DNA of 64,000 nucleotides from Sulfitobacter sp. (GTDB lineage Bacteria; Pseudomonadota; Alphaproteobacteria; Rhodobacterales; Rhodobacteraceae): NCBI GenBank assembly GCA_965212515.1, contig OZ243121.1, positions 17,620 to 81,619 of the forward strand, read 5' to 3'. Shown piece by piece: positions 58,311 to 64,000 of this stretch (position 1 is its first letter; each line of letters starts with the position of its first letter). The notes under the pieces were generated by a model. It saw only the letters and a program-made list of their open reading frames with translations, ran no database searches and was not told where the DNA came from. The position numbers and the translations under genes were made by a program.

Positions 58311-59618
58311 TTATCCCACCAGATTCGGGAGCCACAGCACCAGGCCCGGAAAGGCGCTCAGGATCGCGACGAGGATCAGGTCCATCACGATGAACCAGGC
58401 GACGCCGCGAAAGATCGCCGAGGTCTTCACCAGCTCGCCCACGACGCTCTTGATGACAAAGACGTTCATGCCGATGGGCGGCGTGATCATCCCGATCTCA
58501 AGCAGCTTGGTCAGGACCACGCCGAACCAGAGGAGGCTCCAGCCGGAAGCGTCGACCACCGGCAGGATGATCGGCAGGGTCAGCAGCATGGCCCCGATGG
58601 GCTCCAGGAACATGCCCATCAGCAGGTAGACGCAGACGATGCCGATCATCAGAAGAACCGGGTTCGAGGCGATCGAGAGGATGCCTTCCGACAGGAAGTT
58701 GCCCGCCCCCGACAGGGCCAGGAACCGCGTCAGCAGGCTGGCCCCGATGGCGATGATCAGGAGCGACGCAGTCGTCATCAGGGTTTCGCGGGCGGCCATC
58801 ATGAAGCGCGAAAAGGTCATCTGCCCGCTGACGATGGCCACCAGGCAGGCCAGTGCGGCCCCCACGGCACCAGCCTCGGTGGGGGTGAAGACCCCGCCGA
58901 AGAGCCCGCCGAAGATGCCGATCATGATCAGCAGGATGGGCCAGGTCTCGCGCAGCGCCAGAAGCTTCTCGCGCAGGGTCACGCTGGCGTCGCGCTCGGG
59001 CGCCAGCTCCGGGTTGAGCCAGACCCGCACCAGGACAACCAGGGTATAGCCCACCGCCGTCATCAAGCCCGCCATGATCCCGCCCAGGAACAGCGCGGAG
59101 ATCGAAATCTGCGCGATGACGCCATAGAGGATCAGGATGATCGAGGGCGGGATCAGGGCGCCGATCGTGCCGGCAACGGCCACCGTGCCCGTCGCCAGCT
59201 CCGGGTGGTATCGGTGCTTCATCATCTCGGGGATGGCGATGCGCCCCATGGCCGCCGAACAGGCGATGGAGGAGCCCGACACCGCCGCGAACCCGGCCGA
59301 GCCGAAGATCGAGGCGATGGCCAGCCCCCCGGGCAGCCCCGACAGCCAGATGCGCGCAGCGTTGAACATGCCGCGGGTAAGCTGGGTGTGATAGCTGATG
59401 AAGCCCAGGAAGAGGAACATGGGGATCGAGCTGAGAATCCAGCTCGAGGTGAACTTGTAGGGAATGATGCTCATCGCGCCCCAGGCCACGCGCGGCCCCA
59501 TCAGGGCATAAAGCCCGGTGAAGGAGACCGCGATCAGCGCGATCCCGATGGGCACGCGCACGGCGATCAGGGCAATCAGGGTGGCCAGGCCGGTGAGACC
59601 GATCTCGATATCAGTCAT
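58311..59618 (-). CDS. TRAP transporter large permease (DctM family)
   Basis: 435 aa, polytopic. Overlaps the DctQ-type gene by 8 nt. Confidence 0.9.
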   Translation of the reverse strand: MTDIEIGLTGLATLIALIAVRVPIGIALIAVSFTGLYALMGPRVAWGAMSIIPYKFTSSWILSSIPMFLFLGFISYHTQLTRGMFNAARIWLSGLPGGLAIASIFGSAGFAAVSGSSIACSAAMGRIAIPEMMKHRYHPELATGTVAVAGTIGALIPPSIILILYGVIAQISISALFLGGIMAGLMTAVGYTLVVLVRVWLNPELAPERDASVTLREKLLALRETWPILLIMIGIFGGLFGGVFTPTEAGAVGAALACLVAIVSGQMTFSRFMMAARETLMTTASLLIIAIGASLLTRFLALSGAGNFLSEGILSIASNPVLLMIGIVCVYLLMGMFLEPIGAMLLTLPIILPVVDASGWSLLWFGVVLTKLLEIGMITPPIGMNVFVIKSVVGELVKTSAIFRGVAWFIVMDLILVAILSAFPGLVLWLPNLVG

Positions 59619-60147
59619 TGATGAACTTCACATCCAAGTCGGTCTCTTGCAGGCCGTTCCTGGCGCCGGTGAGCGTGACGATGACCCGATAGGCTGCGAT
59701 CAGCGCCATCAGGGCAGCGCCCAGCGGGATCAGCCAGTAGCTCTGCCAGATTTCGATCATCGAGCTGCCCTGCTCCATGCGGGCGCCGCCTTCGGTCTTC
59801 TTCACCGCCTCGGTCCAGCCCGCAATCATCAGGATGCCCACCACGGCCACCGTCAGAACGCCCGAGAAGACGGACAGGACGCTGCGGGGACGGTCGGGCA
59901 TGAGATCGGTCAGAAACTCGACAGAGATGTGCGCGCGCTTCTCCTCGGCCACGCCGATGGCGATGAAGACCAGGATGATCATGTAGTAGTTGGCCACCAC
60001 GACAATCGTGCCCGGCAGGGGCGCGTTGAAGAGGTATCGGCCCAGCACATCGGCGGTGACGTGGAGCATCATCAGGACAACGCAGATCGCCCCGATCAGG
60101 GATGCCGAGCGGGACAGGAAGGACAGGGCCCTGCCGATCATGAACAT
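59611..60147 (-). CDS. TRAP transporter small permease (DctQ family)
   Basis: 178 aa with four hydrophobic segments. Operon position. Confidence 0.8.
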   Translation of the reverse strand: MFMIGRALSFLSRSASLIGAICVVLMMLHVTADVLGRYLFNAPLPGTIVVVANYYMIILVFIAIGVAEEKRAHISVEFLTDLMPDRPRSVLSVFSGVLTVAVVGILMIAGWTEAVKKTEGGARMEQGSSMIEIWQSYWLIPLGAALMALIAAYRVIVTLTGARNGLQETDLDVKFIND

Positions 60148-60178
60148 GGGAAAGCCTCCGTTCGTGGGAAGGACCGGA

Positions 60179-60196
60179 CGCCGCCCTCAGGCGGCG
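60179..60196 (-). other. GC-rich stem-loop between the TRAP SBP and permease genes (possible mRNA stabiliser/attenuator)
   Basis: CGCCGCC-CTCA-GGCGGCG read directly. No T-run follows, so I do not call it a terminator. Confidence 0.3.
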
Positions 60197-60224
60197 CCCG
60201 GCATACCGGTCAGCTCAGCCCGGC

Positions 60225-61361
60225 CTACTGGCCGTAGCTGGAGACGTCGATCTTGGAAAAGATCTCGTTCCAGTAGATCTCGGCCAGCTCCTCGCCGCTG
60301 CTGACATCCTTGGTCAGCTCGGTCCACTTGGAGAGCCCCTCGGTCAAGGCCGCGGCGGCCTCTGCCCCGCCCTCGATGCCAAAGCGTTCCTTGTAGATCT
60401 CGGCAATTGCGTCCTTGTCTTTCTGGATGAACTCCCGGTTCATCTGAACCACGGCATCCGAGGCCGAGCCGTACTCGATGCCCTCACCCGGGGCGCGCTC
60501 GCGGCCGGCACGGCCCTCCTCGACGTAGACCCAGGCGATGTCGGCGGCCAGCTTGGCATGGGCACGCATCATCGCCTGCTTGTTTTCGTCCGACAGGCTG
60601 TTCCAGGTGTCCTTGTTCATCGTGAAGGGCACGTTGAACTGCGCGCCCGGCGCGCCGACGTAAACGTAGTCCACCACGTCGATGAAGCCGAAGTTCACGA
60701 AATCCGCCGTGTTGGACATGGTGCAATCGACAACGCCCTGGCTCAGGCCCTCGAGCGTTTCGTTGATCGACATGGAGACCGGCACGGCACCGACGGATTC
60801 AGCCCAGCGGGCCCAGTAGGCCCCGGCCGCGCGCAGCCGCTTGCCCTCCAGGTCGGCAACCGACTCCAGCGGCACCACGCACTGCAACGCGTAAGAGGTG
60901 GTGGAGGAGGACCCGAGGTAGACCTGGTTCTGCGCCGACATCTCCTCCATGCAGGTGGGGCAGTCGTTCATCACGTATTCCATGATGGCGCCGGTGAAGG
61001 CCAGGCTGCTCAGCTCGCCTGCATATTCCTCCAGCTCGACCAGCTCCGAGAACTCCGCCAGCATGTTCAGCGTCGGGAACTCCGCCGGGAAATAGGCCAG
61101 CAGGTTCCCCGCCACGTCCGCGATCCCGTCGCGCAGGCCCGCGTTGATCTCGCCGAAGCTCAGCAGCGACAGCGGGAAGACCCTCACGGAGACATCGCCG
61201 TTGCTGTATTCCTCGACAGCCTTGGCATATTCCTCGATCTTGGCGGTCGGCGCCGAATTGGGCGGCCAGCCTCCGGCAAAGCTCAGCTCCGCGGCCTGGC
61301 CGGTGCTGGCAATGGCCAGCATGGATGCGCCCGTCAAAAGGGCTTTCATCTTGAATTTCAT
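60225..61361 (-). CDS. TRAP transporter substrate-binding protein (DctP family)
   Basis: 378 aa. Signal peptide LLTGASMLAIASTGQAAE. Followed by DctQ/DctM-type genes. Confidence 0.85.
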   Translation of the reverse strand: MKFKMKALLTGASMLAIASTGQAAELSFAGGWPPNSAPTAKIEEYAKAVEEYSNGDVSVRVFPLSLLSFGEINAGLRDGIADVAGNLLAYFPAEFPTLNMLAEFSELVELEEYAGELSSLAFTGAIMEYVMNDCPTCMEEMSAQNQVYLGSSSTTSYALQCVVPLESVADLEGKRLRAAGAYWARWAESVGAVPVSMSINETLEGLSQGVVDCTMSNTADFVNFGFIDVVDYVYVGAPGAQFNVPFTMNKDTWNSLSDENKQAMMRAHAKLAADIAWVYVEEGRAGRERAPGEGIEYGSASDAVVQMNREFIQKDKDAIAEIYKERFGIEGGAEAAAALTEGLSKWTELTKDVSSGEELAEIYWNEIFSKIDVSSYGQ

Positions 61362-61390
61362 GGTAAATCTCCTCCCGTAGTAACCACGTT

Positions 61391-61422
61391 AAAAACCATC
61401 TCCCCCGCCAAACGCGGCGGGG
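61391..61422 (-). terminator. candidate intrinsic terminator/attenuator downstream of the crotonase genes
   Basis: The minus strand reads CCCCGCC-GCGTTT-GGCGGGG, then GAGATGGTTTTT. It starts 39 nt after the stop at 61461 and lies upstream of the TRAP SBP start. Confidence 0.4.
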
Positions 61423-61460
61423 CGTCACAGGGTCACCCGCTCCTCCTGCGGGCCTGTCTC

Positions 61461-62243
61461 TTAGGCGTTGAATCGGGGCGCGCGTTTCTCCCGGAACGCG
61501 GCCACCCCTTCCGCAAAGTCCGGCGTCTCACCGGCCTGTTTCTGCAGGCGCCGCTCCGTCGCCAGCGCGCTGTCGAAGTCGCCGTCGGCGGCGGCCCAGG
61601 CGGCCTGCCGGATCAGCGCATGGGCCCGCGCCGGCCCGTCCGCCAGCTTCTGGGCAAGCGCGAGGGCGGTCTCCTCCACCGCCTCATCCTCGACCAGGCG
61701 GGTCACGAGGCCCCATTCATAGGCCTGAGGTGCGGGGATCTTCTCGGCCAGCAGCATCATCTCCATCGCCCGCACACGGCCGACCGCCCGGGTGAGCAGC
61801 CAGGTCGCTCCGCCATCGGGCACAAGGCCGATGCGCGCAAAGGCTTCCAGGAAGTAGGCCCCCCTGCCCGCGACGATCAGATCGCAGACCAGGGCCAGCG
61901 AGGCGCCAACACCGGCGGCCGCCCCCTGAACCGCCGAAATCAGCGGCACCGGCAAGTCGCGGATCTCCCGCATCAGCGGGTTGTACTCGTTCTCCAGCGT
62001 CGCCCCGGCGTCGAAGCTGCCAACCTCCTCGGGCACGGCGGCCTTTAGGTTGGCCCCGGTCGAGAAGGCCCGCGCGCTGCCGGCCAGTACGATCGCACGC
62101 GCACCACGCGCCACCTCGGCCTTCAAGGCGGCATGCAGATCACGGGCCATCTCCGGCGTGATCGAATTCATCGTTGCCGGGTCATTCAGGCGCAGCGTCG
62201 TCACCGCGCCCGCCCGTTCGGTTAAAATTGCATCACTCATCAT
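61461..62243 (-). CDS. enoyl-CoA hydratase/isomerase (crotonase) family protein
   Basis: 260 aa. Motifs LRLNDPATMNS, FSTGANL and AVQGAAAGVGASLAL (oxyanion-hole regions). Confidence 0.9.
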   Translation of the reverse strand: MMSDAILTERAGAVTTLRLNDPATMNSITPEMARDLHAALKAEVARGARAIVLAGSARAFSTGANLKAAVPEEVGSFDAGATLENEYNPLMREIRDLPVPLISAVQGAAAGVGASLALVCDLIVAGRGAYFLEAFARIGLVPDGGATWLLTRAVGRVRAMEMMLLAEKIPAPQAYEWGLVTRLVEDEAVEETALALAQKLADGPARAHALIRQAAWAAADGDFDSALATERRLQKQAGETPDFAEGVAAFREKRAPRFNA

Positions 62244-63130
62244 TCACCCTCGTCTTCTAACCAGCCGGGCTCGTCCCACCAGGGAAAGAAGCCAGGCATG
62301 TCGCGCGACACCCGGTCGGGAAAGACCGGGGCGCGTTTTTCTTTGAAACTGGCGACGCCCTCGGCCAGGTCGGCCATGGCGCCCCGCGCGGCAATGGCGC
62401 GGCTGTCGATCCGGTGCGCCTCGATCGGATGCTCTGCCCCGGCCATGCGCCACATCATCTGCCGCATCAGCGCGACAGACACCGGCGCTGTATTGTCGGC
62501 GATCTCCCGGGCGATGGCGCGCGCCGCGGGCAATAACTCATCGGGCGCGTGAATGGAGCGGATGAGCCCCCCTGCCCGCGCCTCCTCGGCATCAAAAACG
62601 CGGCCCGTGTAGCACCACTCCAAAGCCTGGCTCATGCCCACCACGCGCGGTAGAAACCAGCTCGAAGCAGCCTCCGGCACGATCCCCCGCCGTGCAAAGA
62701 CAAAGCCAAAGCGCGCATTCTCCGAGGTGATGCGAATATCCATCGGCAGCTGCATGGTCGCCCCAACGCCGACGGCCGGCCCGTTCACCGCGGCGATCAC
62801 GGGTTTCAGGCAGTTGAAGATCCGCAGGACCAGTTCACCGCCGGAATCCCGGTTCATCGGGTCCGCCCAGACGTCGGGGTCATCACTCTTCGGGTCGATC
62901 CGGGCCGAGGTGATGGCCTCGGGATCGTCCAGATCAGCCCCGGCGCAGAAGCCCCGCCCTGCCCCGGTGACGATGATCGCCCGCACCGCGTCATCGGCAT
63001 CGGCCATGTCGAAGGCGGCGATCATCTCGTCCTTCATCCGGTTGGTGAAGGCGTTCAGCCGGTCGGGCCGGTTCAGCGTCAATGTCATGACGCCGTCCTC
63101 GGTTCCCGTGGTGATGGTCTCGTAGTCCAT
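62240..63130 (-). CDS. enoyl-CoA hydratase/isomerase (crotonase) family protein
   Basis: 296 aa. Motifs LTLNRPDRLNAF, FCAGADL and AVNGPAVGVGATMQL. ATGA coupling to the downstream crotonase. Confidence 0.85.
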   Translation of the reverse strand: MDYETITTGTEDGVMTLTLNRPDRLNAFTNRMKDEMIAAFDMADADDAVRAIIVTGAGRGFCAGADLDDPEAITSARIDPKSDDPDVWADPMNRDSGGELVLRIFNCLKPVIAAVNGPAVGVGATMQLPMDIRITSENARFGFVFARRGIVPEAASSWFLPRVVGMSQALEWCYTGRVFDAEEARAGGLIRSIHAPDELLPAARAIAREIADNTAPVSVALMRQMMWRMAGAEHPIEAHRIDSRAIAARGAMADLAEGVASFKEKRAPVFPDRVSRDMPGFFPWWDEPGWLEDEGE

Positions 63131-63138
63131 GCCCTACC

Positions 63139-63966
63139 TCAGGTCAGCGCGCGCGGGTTCAGCGCCACCGCATCCTCGAGCCCGGCAATCTGGGCGCCGC
63201 GCCAGAAGTCTTCGATGTGCATGCGCGCCCACTTCTCGGCGCGGTCGCAATCGCGGTCCCGCATGGCGGCGATAATGTTGGAATGGGCCTCGATCTGGCG
63301 CTTGTAGAACTGCGAAGCATGGGGGGCGATCTGCGAAAAGCCCCGGAACAGCAGAAGCGAGATCGGCTCGCGGGCCAGGCCAAGCACGCGGTTCGATCCC
63401 ATCTCGCCGATGCGGTTGTGGAAAGCCTCGTCCAGCTCGATGGTGCGCGCCATCTGGCCTTCGGCGGCCACCAGGTCCGAGTGGAGATCCTGCAGGGCCT
63501 CGATCTCCTCCGCGCTGGCGCGTTCCGCGGCAATGCGCGCGGCCAGCGGCTCGGTCACCATGGTCACCTCCCAAAGCTCGCGGAAGGTGACGTTCATCAG
63601 CGCCATGGCCCGGCCTGCGCGGGTGGTCAGCTGGTCCGCCTGGGGTATCGTCACCTCAAGCCGACGCGGCGAGGGCCGGTGCACCAGACCGTCGCTTTCC
63701 AACTTCCGCAGCCCTTCCCGCACCGTCGAGCGGGTCACCCCGAAAAGCTGCGCCAGCTCCGCTTCACCGGGCAGCTGATCGCCGGGCTTGAGCTCGCCGC
63801 GCAAAATTTGCGCCTCGATCTCCTCGGCCACCTGCTGGTAGGCATAGGCCACATGGATGGGACGCGGGCTGAGGCTCACGGGCCCGCCCCTTGGCCGGTC
63901 AAGGTCTCTCGGTATGTACTGCCGATGAGCTGCACTTCGGTCCAATCCTGTAGTAACGTCCGACAT
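63139..63966 (-). CDS. GntR-family regulator, FadR/FCD subtype
   Basis: wHTH LPGEAELAQLFGVTRSTVREGLRKLESDGLV plus a helical FCD-like C-terminus. The start is uncertain (ATG 63966 or the internal GTG at VSLSPRP). Confidence 0.8.
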   Translation of the reverse strand: MSDVTTGLDRSAAHRQYIPRDLDRPRGGPVSLSPRPIHVAYAYQQVAEEIEAQILRGELKPGDQLPGEAELAQLFGVTRSTVREGLRKLESDGLVHRPSPRRLEVTIPQADQLTTRAGRAMALMNVTFRELWEVTMVTEPLAARIAAERASAEEIEALQDLHSDLVAAEGQMARTIELDEAFHNRIGEMGSNRVLGLAREPISLLLFRGFSQIAPHASQFYKRQIEAHSNIIAAMRDRDCDRAEKWARMHIEDFWRGAQIAGLEDAVALNPRALT

Positions 63967-64000
63967 TACGGCAGATTGAGCGTCAAAAAGGTCCCCTGTC

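Noticed and set aside
57573-59621. 682-aa plus-strand ORF across the ligase and DctM genes. Similar long antisense ORFs occur at 43584..45431 (-), 36945..38873 (-), 22601..24130 (+), 48284..49798 (-) and 19536..21050 (+)
   Set aside because: All are antisense to genes with clear family motifs and encode Arg/Gly/Asp/His-rich low-complexity products. They are GC-rich antisense artefacts.
1-64000. Mobile-element boundaries (integrase, transposase, tRNA, IS inverted repeats, attL/attR) around the 1-19.6 kb island
   Set aside because: None were found on either strand by reading ORF products and intergenic regions. The island interpretation rests on gene content only.

Overview
GC-rich, strongly GC3-biased, gene-dense window. 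The gene content (many TRAP and ABC uptake systems, a LOV/HisKA_2 kinase, GntR-controlled catabolic operons) looks alphaproteobacterial, probably Rhodobacterales-like; that is an inference. I call about 57 CDS. I found no rRNA, tRNA, CRISPR array, transposase or integrase. All domain calls come from motif recognition in the supplied translations, or my own translation where the ORF track has none; no homology search was possible. Many track ORFs are N-terminally over-extended or are antisense artefacts of high GC, so I trimmed starts to ATG/GTG codons with RBS or ATGA-type coupling. The window has two parts. (A) 1-19.6 kb is an envelope/conflict-type island. It holds an OmpA-like protein plus a membrane Ser/Thr kinase (cut by the window edge), a membrane-anchored M15 peptidase and a VapBC module. 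Next comes a 1690-aa helical-repeat protein ending in an anthrax-LF-like HEVGHAVDD...EWFSE zincin domain, translationally coupled to a CpXC zinc-ribbon protein. Divergent from that pair is a TpsB/TpsA two-partner secretion operon whose third gene is a periplasmic caspase(C14)-Sel1-PG-binding protein. The gluzincin/CpXC pair and the TPS-caspase triad are my best candidates for an undescribed system. (B) 19.6-64 kb holds ordinary-looking but partly unassigned catabolic and transport operons. These are a tightly coupled six-gene operon (tautomerase-NTF2, HyuB/HyuA, isochorismatase, ICL/PEP-mutase, flavoprotein) facing GntR-LeuCD-like-TRAP; MipA; a nitroreductase; a LOV histidine kinase; a PAS-LuxR regulator and APH-like kinase; a Liv-type ABC system plus hydrolase; a GntR-controlled peptide-type ABC system with two amidohydrolases, a flavin reductase and a racemase; TonB-ExbBDD; and an acyl-CoA ligase/TRAP/two-crotonase/GntR cluster. 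One notable detail is that the double ABC ATPase appears to have been fused by a frameshifting deletion.
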